Shown piece after piece: positions 23,283 through 34,272 of a stretch of 64,000 nucleotides of DNA (its first letter is position 1; every line of letters starts with the position of its first letter). The position numbers and the translations under genes were made by a program. The notes under the pieces are model-generated. The model saw nothing but the letters and a program-made list of their open reading frames with translations, was not told the DNA's origin and made no database searches. The stretch covers positions 62,001-126,000 of the forward strand of contig JAPMXV010000072.1 in NCBI GenBank assembly GCA_026936335.1. Reading direction: 5' to 3'. The DNA is from Mantamonas sphyraenae STR306. Taxonomy: Eukaryota; Protista; CRuMs.

Positions 23283-25263
23283 ATGCAGGTGGACGTCCTC
23301 GGCGACCAACACAGCCCATGTTTTGTCGTGGAGCTGTGTGGCGTGCGCATTCTCGTCGACTGCCCCCTTGTGCTGTCCCACCTGACGGCGTACGAGAGTG
23401 GCGCTGGCCCACGTGGGCGCAAGCGCAGCCGGGAGGAGGAGGAGGAAGACGAAGACGGCGTGGAAGAGGACACCCGCGACAACAAACGACAACGTGTGCC
23501 CCATCCACCTCTGTTGGGCCTCTCTGACCAGTCGACACGACGAAGCAACAAGGCCCAACGCTTGTCCAGCAGCCACCCCGACGCCCCTTTGGCTTCCCAT
23601 GGCACCGTGCGAGGAGCGATGCTGGTGCACACCGTGGACTTTCACCGTCTGCAGCCTCATACGCTCGACGGCGTCCTAATCACCTCCTGGGAAGGGCTCA
23701 TGGGCCTGCCCTACCTCACGGAACACACCCGCTTCGATGGAGTGGTGCTTGCATGCCCACCGGCTATTCAGGGGGCGCGACATGCCATGCTCGAACTGGT
23801 CGAGCTGCACGCCCAGCGCAGGGGCACGCAGGCAGGACACGGACGCAAACGATGGGCACAACGCAGCGTGCGCAGCCGCTTGCCAAAGTCGTTGCAGGAT
23901 ATGATGGGACAGCCAGGCACGTGGCGCACACTGTACAGTCGCGAGGATGTGCGTGAGTGCCTGGCTCGTGTGACCCCGTGCAGCTACCACGAACACATCC
24001 AAGTGGAGCATGCACTCACTGTAACAGCACTCAGTTCGGGCATGAGTATGGGTGCTGCAAATTGGCTCGTGACCAGCCCCGAGCATCGCCTCGCCATCCT
24101 CAGCCAAAGCAGCCTCGCCCCCGATCGCCATCCTACCCCGGTCGACCTCCAGGCCCTCCAGGGCGCACATACCCTCCTCTTTGGCTCTCTATCTTCGTAT
24201 CCCAACATTTCCTTCCGCGACGCTTTGGCACGCGTCTGCGAGCGTGTTGGGGTCACCGTCAAGGCCCAAGGCAATGTTCTGCTTCCCTGTTCCCCGGCAG
24301 GGCTCACATTCGACCTCATCGAACACGTGCGCAACTATCTCGCCAGTGTGGGACTGCTCCAGCGCACCCAGATGTACCTTGTATCGCCCCAGGCCAAGGC
24401 TGCCCTCGCCTACAGCATGATCGCAGGCGAAATGGGTGTGCGACGCCAAGCAGAAGCGTGTGTACATGCCCGAGAGCCCCTTTGACCACACCCAGATGCT
24501 CAAAAACGGCGAACTCGTACACGTGGACTCCATCCACCATCCCGACTTTCGTCACCTCGGCCATGCGGGCTCTTCCAAAGCCAAGGACCGCGGCTGTGTT
24601 GTCTTTGTTGGCCATCCCAGCCTCCGTCTGGGCGACATCACCACTTTGTTGCGCCGCTGGGGTACGACGCCACCCAATTCTTCGTCGTCTTCGTCCTCAT
24701 CGTCCTCCTCGTCATCAATGCCCCCCACCGCTGTGCTGCTTACCGATCCCCGGTACAAGGACTTTCGGCAGCTGGTGTGCAGTGTGATGCCCACCAATGC
24801 TCAACTGTACAACATGCCCATTGACTTGCGCCTCAAGGCTTCCGAGGCGTCGTCGATTGTGGCACAGGTGCGTCCACAACGCGTGCTGATCCCACAGTCC
24901 CACCGAAAAGAGTTTCGGCTGCCGCAGGACAAGCAACACATAGACGAGGAGCAAACCCACTCACAGGAGCTGCAGTCACCACACAAACATCAACAACAGG
25001 AGCTGCAGCGCGAGATGCAGCAACAGGCCGTGCTTGCATTTGAAACAGGCGACGCGATTAGCATGGAACTGGATGTGCGCTTTGTGCATGCTACAATGAC
25101 ACGTTCTCTTGCAGCAGGACTGCGTCCCAAGGCTACAGGGGTCGACAACCGCCTGGAGGCAAAGGTGTGCGCTGTCTTGCGCGAACGAAATGGCGAGTAT
25201 GTGCTAGACGTGCCCAACATGGCCCAGCGCATCGAGGGCGAGGAGGCAGATGCTGATGAATGA
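23283..25263 (+). CDS. INTS9: Integrator complex subunit 9 (MBL/beta-CASP), with an apparent +1 frameshift at 24430-24432
   Basis: PCFVVELCGVRILVDCPL, DGVLITSWEGLMGLPYLTEHTRFDG, SSGMSMGAANW, GNVLLPCSPAGLTFDLIE; removing one A gives GEWVCDAKQKRVYMPESPFDH; CVVFVGHPSLRLGD, PIDLRL. Confidence 0.9.
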
Positions 25264-25309
25264 ATGAATGTGAATGTGAGAATACATTTGTGCTGGGTGC
25301 TGGGGGTTG

Positions 25310-27194
25310 TTACTCGTCCTTTTCGTCCAAGTCGAGGCCGTGGATTCGGTTGAACTCCTCGATATCCTCGGGCCACCAGCGCCAGCCGCACATGGCCCTC
25401 CACACCTTGGGGCAGGTGGACTGAGGCACGTCCAGCACGATGCCAAGAGACAGCAGAGCGACGAGAAGGAAGACCGGCAGACCGGCAAAGTAGGCACCAG
25501 GACGGTCGCCCACAGGGCACTGCACGGTCGACGAGAGCAGGTCGGGTCGCTTGAGGCAGCATCCGACCAGAAGCATCTGCTGGATGCAGCTGTAGCCCTT
25601 GGAGTCGGTGTCACGCCAGACGTAAGGTGCGTCGATCTCGGTGGCGCCCGAGTTGCGCACCAGGCACGACACAAGGTTCAACATACGCGTGCCACAGTTG
25701 GGGCTCGCGTGTTCCGGCACCTTGCACTTCTGTGTGTTGTCCACGCAGTTGCACAACGTGTACGGGTCCACACCGCACGTCTCGTTGGCCCTGTTGGAGC
25801 ACAGTGTGCTGTTGTCCACAACCACACACTTGCCGCCCTCGCAACGCTCGCCATACTTGCACTGAATGTTCGAGTCGCATGCTTCGCCCTGACTCGCGCC
25901 AAACCAGTATTGGCACTTGCCGTTGGCGCCGCACACACTCAGGGGACCGCAGCTGTCGCGCTCCACTCCGTCCTTGGTGCATCCCACACCGTTGGCAATG
26001 ACACTCGCGCACGTTCCGTTAGTGCTTGTTGCTGTCGCGTACTTGCAGTACAGGCCCTTGCCGCACAGCTTCTTGCCTTCCGACGCATCGTTGGTCTCGC
26101 ACACGGCTCCCGAAGTCTCGCCTGTGCACAGGAAGATGGTCGACGGTGCCTGCTTGCACGAGGTACCGCGCGGGCAAGTCTGATCCGCGCCGCCCGTTGA
26201 CGTGGCGTCGTAGCTGTGTCACCAAGCGAATCCGCCGGCCCCGGGGGGTGGTTGGGTGTGAGCTGCAATCCCGCTTTTCTCCCTGCGTTTGCCACCCACA
26301 CATGCGCGCACAGCCAGCTCTGCGCCCACACCCTCCGTGAATGCATGCCATGTGTGTTTGTACACTGTTGCGCGGTCCGTTGCACGTCCCACACCCCATG
26401 CCTGTGCTGCAGAGGCCCGCCGCAAAGCTGACGCGCACAAAAATGCGCGGGCAACCGTCACTCGCGCGACTGGCTGGGCCCTTTCTGCAGGCAAGGATGG
26501 GCGACGACACGCAAGCAAGCGCACCACGGCTGTCGCACATGTCTCTCTGCCTCTGTGTGTGTTGTGCTACTTACCAGACGTCGTCGATGAAGCGCAGCGG
26601 GACGCACTTCTTGGTCTTGCCGCACATGAGACCAGGCCCGCAATCGTTGTCCACAGAGCACGTGGCCGTCTCTGCAGCCTTCTTCTCGCACTTGTTGTTC
26701 ACGCAGCGCAGCGTGGCGTTGCATGTGCTGTGTACCATCGACCCGCATTGCCCCCGTGTCAGCGTGTGTGTGTGGTGTGTGTGTGTGTATGTGAAGGTCC
26801 TCGGCAAGCACTCGGTCCTTTTCTCCGGGACCAAAAGCCTGGGAAACACAAACGCGGCTGCGGCCCCGTCAAGAGCCATGCACCAAGGCATGGCTGCTGC
26901 CACTTTGCACACACATGGCCACACCAGCTACGGTCCACGTGCCACCACGTGCGGTCCACGTGCGCCACGCGCGTGCTCGAGGACACTTTCAACGCAAATT
27001 GGAACTTACCGGCCACCCGTGCCGCACGCGGAGCCCTCGGGCAGGTTGGTGTTGGGCACGCACTTGGTGCCGTCACACACACCATAATTGGGGCACAAAG
27101 CATCCTTGGTGGTGCATGTGGCGGAGCAAGTGGACTGGCCCATAGACACAACGGCCAGCATCGCCATCACAGCGACGACAAAGACAACCTTCAT
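25310..27194 (-). CDS. Cysteine-rich type I membrane surface protein; exons about 27194-27010, 26727-26575, 26213-25310
   Basis: Signal peptide MKVVFVVAVMAMLAVVSMG; repeated C-x5-C-x5-C modules (CSVDNDCGPGLMC, CDSNIQCKYGERC); TM AYFAGLPVFLLVALLSLGIVL; both GTAAGT..CAG introns phase-compatible. Confidence 0.8.
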
Positions 27195-27332
27195 GGCGCG
27201 TTTTCAGTGCATCCGCATGCGCGCAGATGTCTCATTCCTTGCCTCTCGAGCCACAGAAACGACGGACACAGACACAGAGAGTGTGTGCGACAGAGAGACA
27301 AACAAGCAAACAACCCAGTTCTCTTCATTCCT

Positions 27333-28229
27333 TCACGCAAACGCGTCGTCGTCGTCGTCCTCGTCGATCAGCCTCCTCTTCTTCTTTGCCTTTTGCCTCG
27401 ACCGTGACAACTCCTCTCCACCATCTGAATCGTCGTCTGTGTCATCGTTACCACCGTGGTCATTGGCTCCATCGTCCTCATTTTCGTCCTCATCCTCATC
27501 CTCCTCCTCGCCTCCGGGCACGTATTCGCCCTCCGAGTCGCCGCCGCTGCCGCTCTCTTCTTCGTCGTCGTAGTACTCCAATTCGGCGTCGTCGTCCACC
27601 ACAAACCCGTCGTCGTCGTACTCTTCCATCACTTCTTTCCGCCTTCGCTTGCCACTCTTCATCATGTGCTTGGCTTCCTTCTTAAGCTCCCGAATGTCTT
27701 CCAGTTCCACCTCCACTCCGTCTTCCTCTGCCTCCATCTTGCCTTTGCCTTCGCTGCTGCTTCCCTTCTTCTTCCTCCCCTGGCCCTTGCTTGCCTTTGC
27801 TCCTTTGGTTCCCTTTGCCCCTCGCTTTCCCTGCTTCTTGGCCTCCTCCTGCGCTTTCTTCTCTTCCCGCGAGTCGATGTCGCTCACCTCCTTCACAAAC
27901 TCCTTCATTGTGTCGAACCGCTCGTTGTTGTGAATGGCTCGTTTCCTGCACAAACCCAACCGTGCCGTGTGAGTGATGCACTCTCTTCCCATGCCACATC
28001 ACATCACATCTCTCTCTCTCTCTCTTTCTAGCACGCACAGGTGGGTGGCCGACACCATGGTGCCGTCCTTGGCTGCGCACTCCTGCGCGCTTGTTTCTGC
28101 CAGGTCCTTGATGAAACATTCCACAGCAAAGCCCACTGCCTGAATCACTCCCTTTTGCAGCTTCCCGATCTCTTCGTCCAACAGAATCATCTTCTTCAGC
28201 TTGCCCGTGGGGAAGCGAGTGGAAGACAT
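27333..28229 (-). CDS. DRAP1: NC2 alpha / DR1-associated corepressor histone-fold protein; intron 27946-28038
   Basis: RFPTGKLKKMILLDEEIGKL...AVECFIKDL...VSATHL|KRAIHNNERFDTMKEFV matches the NC2alpha histone fold; Lys-rich then acidic tail. Confidence 0.8.
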
Positions 28230-28346
28230 CAGCCCGATCGTTTGTTTGCTTGGCTTCCCCGCAGCGCGTTGACATCCATCACAACAACCTCGTTCACACC
28301 AGCGCCAACCCACACACACACACACACGCAAGAACCTGCTTTCCCA

Positions 28347-30690
28347 ATGGCTGGCAATACGTCGCGACGAGGCAAGTCTGGTTCAGGAGGCGGAGGAGGC
28401 CGTTCCCAAAGCGGCGGAAACAACAATGGACGCGGACGTGGAGGCGGTGGAGGCGGAGGAGGCGGAGGAGGCGGTGGGGGCGGTGGAGGCAGAGGAGGTG
28501 GAGGAACACGCACCGGTGCTCGGGGTAGGGGAAGCGGAGGCGGTGGCGGAGGGAAGCAGCGCTCGGAACGAGGGGGACACAACCACAGCGACGTGCACCC
28601 GTACCGCAAGGGAGGCGGAGGAGGAGGAGGACGGGACGACGGGGGCAACGACCGAGATGGAAGGGGTGGCTTTGCACGTGGAGCCCGAGGCAAGAAGAAC
28701 AGCGGGTCCAGGCAATGGAAGTACAAGGTGAGGCCGCAGCAGCCTGACGGGCGGAAAGCGCCCTTTTACACGCCCTTTTACCATGTGCATGCACCGCACA
28801 CACGACTGCACGCGATGAAAACGGGACTTTGGATAAGCATCCCCTCCCTCAATGCCATGAGAGCATGCACTGACACCACAACGGGACAAAACACTCACGG
28901 AACCACAGATCGCAGGTGTGGACGGCCACGCCACCAACCAGGACACGCTGGTCAACTTTCTGCGCAACCGAATGAAGAGCGAGCTGACGGTGAACGAATT
29001 TAACTTTGCACGAAACAACACTGCCTTTATCACAGTGGGAAACCGCAACGAAGGGCAGGCGTTGCTCAAACTCGACGGCATCAGTTTCAGCAACAAGAAA
29101 CTGCGCATCACAGCCATGGGCGGTGACTCGGGCAGCTCGTCACGTGACACACGCGATCGCAACAGCAACAGCAACGTCAAGATGGAAAAGCGACTGAACG
29201 AAGCGCTGTGTGTCATTGCCGAGGACAACCTGCGCGACGGCATCCTCGACCTCAGCAGCCTCTACACAAAACTCAACGACTACACCAAAGAATTCCAGAT
29301 GGACCGGCTCATGTTTCCATGGAGCAACACCATGGTGCCTGCGCTCTTGCAGCTGGTGGGCAAGAACTTTGCCGACGCAAACACCCTCATACTTGAGAAC
29401 AACCGCATCCGCAACCTCCGACCCTTCACCAACTTTAGCGACTACTGTCCCAACATCACCCACATCTCCCTGGCCAACAACGAGCTCGACGACTTTCGTT
29501 CCCTCGATGCCTTTCGCGACAGCGACGTCGTCGATCTCGTTCTCGACGGCAACCCTGTCTGCGATCAAGCAGACAAAGATCTTGCCTTTTACAGAGAGTA
29601 CGTGTGGGGGGGGGGGGAGAGTGGGGGCACGGGGACACAGAAGGATGGGCGAGGAATCACACCTCGTGAACACACACACTCACACACACACACACACATG
29701 CACAGTGAGGTCAAGCGAAGACTACCGCAGCTCAAATACCTCGACGAGGTGGAGTTTGAGGAGCCAATCAACCTGGGCATTCCATCGTTTGTCAACCAGG
29801 TGAACTTGCCTGCCTCCCAGGCCGATTTCTTTGACGACAAGCTCAACGAGAAGGTGGCCAACCGCTTCTTCAATCGTTTCATCGCCCTGTATGACAGCAA
29901 CCGCGAGGACTTGCTCAACGTCTACACCGATGAGTCGCTGTTCTCTGTGACGGTGCCGCCGCCGAAAAAGGGTGGTGGGGACGAGGGAAGCGACAACAAC
30001 GACGACCGGCGCGGCAAGCGTCCGCAGCGAGGCAATGCAGGACGGCGCGACAACATGCACGCATACATCAAACACAGTCGCAACCTGGCCCTGTTGAAGG
30101 ATCCGGAGAAAACCACGGATCTGCTTCGCCGCGGGAGAATCGAGATCATTGCCGGACAAGAGGCTCTGCCATCTACATACCATCTGGAGGACAGATTGCG
30201 CATGGATTGCTTTGTGATGAACACCAGTCGTGGTGAATTGCTCCAACTGACTGCACAGGGATACTTCCGGGAGCTGGAATCAAAGAAACAACGCGGCTAC
30301 CACCGCACCTTTGTCCTGGCCATGGCTGAACGTGGCTCCGACGCTGCCAACCACGATTGGGATGTCATTGTCCTCAACGACATCCTCCATGTGTACACAC
30401 CGGAGTTTTCCGATGACGAGGAGAACGACGACACAGACATGGGCGCACAGTCATCATCGTCCAGCAGCAGTGCAGGAGGTGGTGGCGCAGGAGGTAAGGG
30501 AGGCAGTGCCAGCAAGAAGCACCTCTCTCGTGACCAGAAGGCCCTCTTGGATGATTTCATGGCTGAAACGGGCCTCACTCGAAAAGCCACCCTCGAGTGC
30601 CTCGACGAGTTCTCCTGGGATGGCGACCTGGCCTTTGAGAACTTCCAAAAGGTCAAGAAGCAACTGCCCGACTCGGATTTCCGCAGGTGA
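28347..30690 (+). CDS. NXF1: mRNA export factor NXF1/TAP/Mex67 (RGG, RRM-like, LRR, NTF2-like, TAP-C); introns 28728-28908 and 29598-29705
   Basis: TLILENNRI, PNITHISLANNEL, DLVLDGNPV, RLPQLKYLD; FFNRFIALYDSNREDLLNVYTDESLFS, YIKHSRNL, HRTFVL, VLNDIL; ETGLT...CLDEFSWD..LAFENF. Confidence 0.92.
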
Positions 30691-30767
30691 ATGAACAGAG
30701 ACGACCACGCGCTTCTCCACCCAACCCAACCCCTAATTCCCCCCAAGAAAACAACCCACCTCACGCG

Positions 30768-31172
30768 ATGCCCAGCAAGACGCCATGGCTTGAACAGGGC
30801 AACAACGTTGTCAAGGTGCATGTGGCACTCGAGCTGCTGTGGCTGCTGATTGCTGTGTTTGCCGTCAATCCCAGCTTCTCCGTCGCCAGTGGATTGGCAG
30901 TGCTCGGTTTGGGCCTCACTCTCAGTGGGATGGTCAAAGAGGGCGACAAGACAAGGCGGCGGCTGCAACTTTTGGTGGCCGTGTGCCTTGTGCTGGACCT
31001 GCTGATCATCACCCCGATTCTCCTCACCTACAGTCGCTTTGCAATGGCCGCTGCCGCCATCCCTATCTACGTCGTGCGTGTGGCGGCCATTGTCATTGTG
31101 CAGCGCCAGCGCAAAAGGGCACGCCTCATGCAGTCGCCCGGTGTTGACGCCGATGGGAAAACCATCCTTTGA
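30768..31172 (+). CDS. Small 3-4 TM membrane protein, unknown function
   Basis: 134-aa ORF with hydrophobic stretches (VALELLWLLIAVFAV, LAVLGLGLTL, LLVAVCLVLDLLII, AAAIPIYVVRVAAIVIV). Confidence 0.6.
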   Translation: MPSKTPWLEQGNNVVKVHVALELLWLLIAVFAVNPSFSVASGLAVLGLGLTLSGMVKEGDKTRRRLQLLVAVCLVLDLLIITPILLTYSRFAMAAAAIPIYVVRVAAIVIVQRQRKRARLMQSPGVDADGKTIL

Positions 31173-31289
31173 TCCACGCGGCTGCACCCACACAGGGAGT
31201 GTGTCATGGAGAGGAAAGAGAGAGAGAGAGAGAGAGACGTCCTAGAGACACTATATCCGTACATTGGCGACGTCACCACAGAATCCATC

Positions 31290-31895
31290 TCATTCGCTTT
31301 GGGCAAGCTCCCAACGCTTGCCGTTGCCCTTGACGTCGACCACCATTGGCCTGGCCATCTGCTGCAATGTGCTGGCCAAATGGTCGCTCACTTGTTTGGT
31401 GTCCACGTCGGCCCCCAGCTGCATGTCGATGAGGCTCTTTGCCTGCTTGCGCAGCTTCTTGATCTTCCCGTCTGTGTCTCCGCCACTCTCAGCCAGCATG
31501 TCCAGCACCAGCTGCACCCAATTGAGGCGGTCGATATCGTCTGCGCTGTGGCAGTCTCCCATCCACACTGGGCGAGTGGAGGACGAGGAGGACGACGACG
31601 ACGACGACGACGACGACGCTTCCTCATTGCGTGCGCGCTTGCTATCCTGTGCAGGCGGAGTGGACGAGGACACTGGCTCGCTGGACTCAGGGACATCTTT
31701 GCGCTTGCCACGGCCCACCTTTTCAACCTTTTCCTTCTCTGTGATGCACTGCGTGTGCGAGGAGTAGTCGTCGCCAAAGAAGGTCACGTAGCAGTCCAGG
31801 CAGGTAACCGAGTCCATGTGGCACCGTTGCCAATGCTTCAACACCTTGCCTTTGGTCATGACATCCTGGCACTTGTCACAGCTGAACGAAGGCAT
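31290..31895 (-). CDS. LYAR: LYAR-type C2HC zinc-finger nucleolar protein
   Basis: MPSFSCDKCQDVMTKGKVLKHWQRC...TCLDCYVTF...YSSHTQCITEKEK is the zf-LYAR signature. Confidence 0.9.
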   Translation of the reverse strand: MPSFSCDKCQDVMTKGKVLKHWQRCHMDSVTCLDCYVTFFGDDYSSHTQCITEKEKVEKVGRGKRKDVPESSEPVSSSTPPAQDSKRARNEEASSSSSSSSSSSSSTRPVWMGDCHSADDIDRLNWVQLVLDMLAESGGDTDGKIKKLRKQAKSLIDMQLGADVDTKQVSDHLASTLQQMARPMVVDVKGNGKRWELAQSE

Positions 31896-31979
31896 GGCAC
31901 GCGACGAGACAACAAGGGAGTGGGTGTCCGAGCGCGCTCTCCACCACGGACCACTCCAACCCACACCCGTCCCCCGTCC

Positions 31980-33089
31980 ATGTCCACGTCCACGTCCACC
32001 CTGAATCCCTTTACGGCGTTGTCGCTGCAGCTGACCGAGGAGCATTCCCTGCTTGTGCTCAACCAGCAAGAGCTTCCGGCGTCGGAAAACTGGATCGAGT
32101 GCACCTCCCCGGCCCAGATGTACGATCTCATCAAAACCCTGAGTGTACGTGGAGCGCCTGCCATTGGTGTGGCGGCCGCCGTGGCCATGGCCCTGTTTGC
32201 AGAGACCAGTCCCAGCGTGGCAACGTTTGTCAGCGAGCTCGAAGAGCTCCGCACCTCCCGCCCCACAGCCGTCAACCTGATGTGGGCCCTGGATAGGCTG
32301 CGTGCCTGTGTGCAAACAAGCGAGGACAAGGACAATGACGCTGGAAGCAACCGATCCATGACCCAAGAGGAGATCGACGCCGTGTGTGCGCAGGTCAACG
32401 ACATTGTCACCAGCGACCGCGACATGTGCGAAGCCATGGCCTCACGAGGCGCCGAACTGATCCAAGACGGAGAGAGCATCCTCACACATTGCAACACAGG
32501 CGGGCTGGCCACTGTAGGGTGCGGCACCGCGTTGGGAGTGATTGCCAAAGCTCACGCACAAGGCAAGAAGCTTCACGTGTACGTGGACGAGACTCGACCC
32601 CTTCTCCAGGGAGGACGACTCACCACGTGGGAACTGGACAAGCTGGGCGTGGATTACACCCTCATCTGCGACAACATGGCCGCCTCCCTGATGATGGCGG
32701 GCAAAATCGACCGCGTCCTGGTCGGCGCAGATCGTGTTTGCCGCAACGGCGACTTTGCAAACAAAATCGGCACCCTCAACGTGGCCCTGCTGTGTTCGTT
32801 GTTTGGTGTGCCCTTCCACTGCGTGGCTCCCATGAGCACCGTCGACTACGAGCTTGAGGACGGTTCAGAAATCGAGATTGAACAGCGCATCCCAAGCGAG
32901 GTTCGCGGCGTCAAGGGCAGCTTTGGTCAGGTGTGTTGGGCCCCAGTTGATGCCAAAGTGTACAATCCGGCGTTTGACGTCACACCAGCCAAGTATGTGA
33001 GCAGCATCATCACGGACACGGGTGTGTTTGACATGAACGAGTGGGCAACCCACACCGCTGAGAGCAACACCGAACGAACGAACGAATGA
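31980..33089 (+). CDS. MRI1: Methylthioribose-1-phosphate isomerase
   Basis: LNQQELP, VRGAPAIG, SRPTAVNLMWA, LTHCNTGGLATVGCGTALGVI, DETRPLLQGGRLTTWEL, GADRV..NGDFANKIGT, YNPAFDVTP. Confidence 0.95.
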   Translation: MSTSTSTLNPFTALSLQLTEEHSLLVLNQQELPASENWIECTSPAQMYDLIKTLSVRGAPAIGVAAAVAMALFAETSPSVATFVSELEELRTSRPTAVNLMWALDRLRACVQTSEDKDNDAGSNRSMTQEEIDAVCAQVNDIVTSDRDMCEAMASRGAELIQDGESILTHCNTGGLATVGCGTALGVIAKAHAQGKKLHVYVDETRPLLQGGRLTTWELDKLGVDYTLICDNMAASLMMAGKIDRVLVGADRVCRNGDFANKIGTLNVALLCSLFGVPFHCVAPMSTVDYELEDGSEIEIEQRIPSEVRGVKGSFGQVCWAPVDAKVYNPAFDVTPAKYVSSIITDTGVFDMNEWATHTAESNTERTNE

Positions 33090-34272
33090 ATGAACGATTG
33101 GTTGGTTGGTTGGTTGGCACATGTGATCCATTCATATTACTCTCGGACACATTCTTTGTCTCCTCCCTCCCTCTTCCTTGCTCCCAACCATTCACATCAC
33201 GTTCCAGCGGCCCGTCGTCTCGTACTCAATCAGCACCCGTCGCGACATGCGCTTCACCTTGTCGTCTGCGTCGTTGCGCAGTGCCTCCACAGCCTCCACC
33301 ACTGCGTTCTCAAACTCTCGTGCAGTGCCGTCACACAGGTTGTGCATGGCCTGGTACCGCACACCGGCGTCCTCGTCTCGCGTCAGCTCCACAATACGCT
33401 CAAACACAATCGCGCTGTGCTTGCTTCGCAGGTGGCACGGACACAGCTCACGCAGCCACTTCTTCCGTTCACTCGCCAGCGACGAATACGTGCCCTTCAT
33501 CACCTCCTGCATCTCTGCACTCAGACCCGACAGCTCCTCCTCCAGCTCCTCCTCCTCTGTAGCCGCCTCCTCCTCCGCAATGATCTTCAGCCAGTCCTCC
33601 TCGCTGAACTCCATACCAGCCTCCACCATCTTTTCAATCTCCTTCACCTCCGCTGCCTCCATCTTGCTCAGGGTCTCCTCGTCCACGCTGCCCTGACGCA
33701 GGCTCACCACCTTGTGGTTGCTGTTGTTGTTGTTGTTGCTGCTGCTGATGATTTCACTCATTGTGATCCTTGCTTAAACCTCTCTTGGGTGTTTCTTGGA
33801 TGTTTGTTTGCCCCTTGGTATTACGTGGTGCGGTTGTTGAACACTTGGCTTCGCCTTGCCTGCCTTGCTTGCGTGTTGTTGTACTCTTTATGAAACAGGA
33901 ATGGGTGTGTTTGTTCACGAAATGGTGTGTATGAACAAAACAGAGAGGGTGGCGTTGTTGGTTGCGGTTGCTTGGTTTTGAATTGGTTGAGGGGGCGGGT
34001 GGTGGGACGTTCCGGTTTTGAAGTGCGTTTGCGGCAAGATTTTCCGGGAAGATGGAGTTTGGTCACAGGTGCTTCTGGGAAAGGAACGATGAGGGTGTGC
34101 TTGGAAAAATGGTACGGAGGGGTGGGATGGGGCTGGGATCGAAGAATGAGATTGTGTGATGAGTGTGATGGGTCGGAATGGGATCGCGGGAAGGATGGGT
34201 TGTTGGCACTTTCTGTGTTTGTTTCATCTGCAGGTCTCCCCACCACATTCCATGCTGGCTGCATCAGCCATT
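32973..34272. repeat. Copy A (native) of a ~1.3-kb inverted segmental duplication
   Basis: Reverse complement matches 48699-50009 with a few substitutions and indels; contains MRI1 3' end, whole HEAT gene, ~500-bp intergenic region and last codons plus stop of the 34264-37319 gene. Confidence 0.95.
33192..33761 (-). CDS. Small HEAT-repeat protein with CPC and LCDG motifs (copy A)
   Basis: RKKWLRELCPCH...FERIVELTRDEDAGVRYQAMHNLCDG...ALRNDADDKVKRMSRRVL..YETTGRWNVM: two HEAT-like D-x-D-x-x-V-R/K units. Confidence 0.8.
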   Translation of the reverse strand: MSEIISSSNNNNNSNHKVVSLRQGSVDEETLSKMEAAEVKEIEKMVEAGMEFSEEDWLKIIAEEEAATEEEELEEELSGLSAEMQEVMKGTYSSLASERKKWLRELCPCHLRSKHSAIVFERIVELTRDEDAGVRYQAMHNLCDGTAREFENAVVEAVEALRNDADDKVKRMSRRVLIEYETTGRWNVM

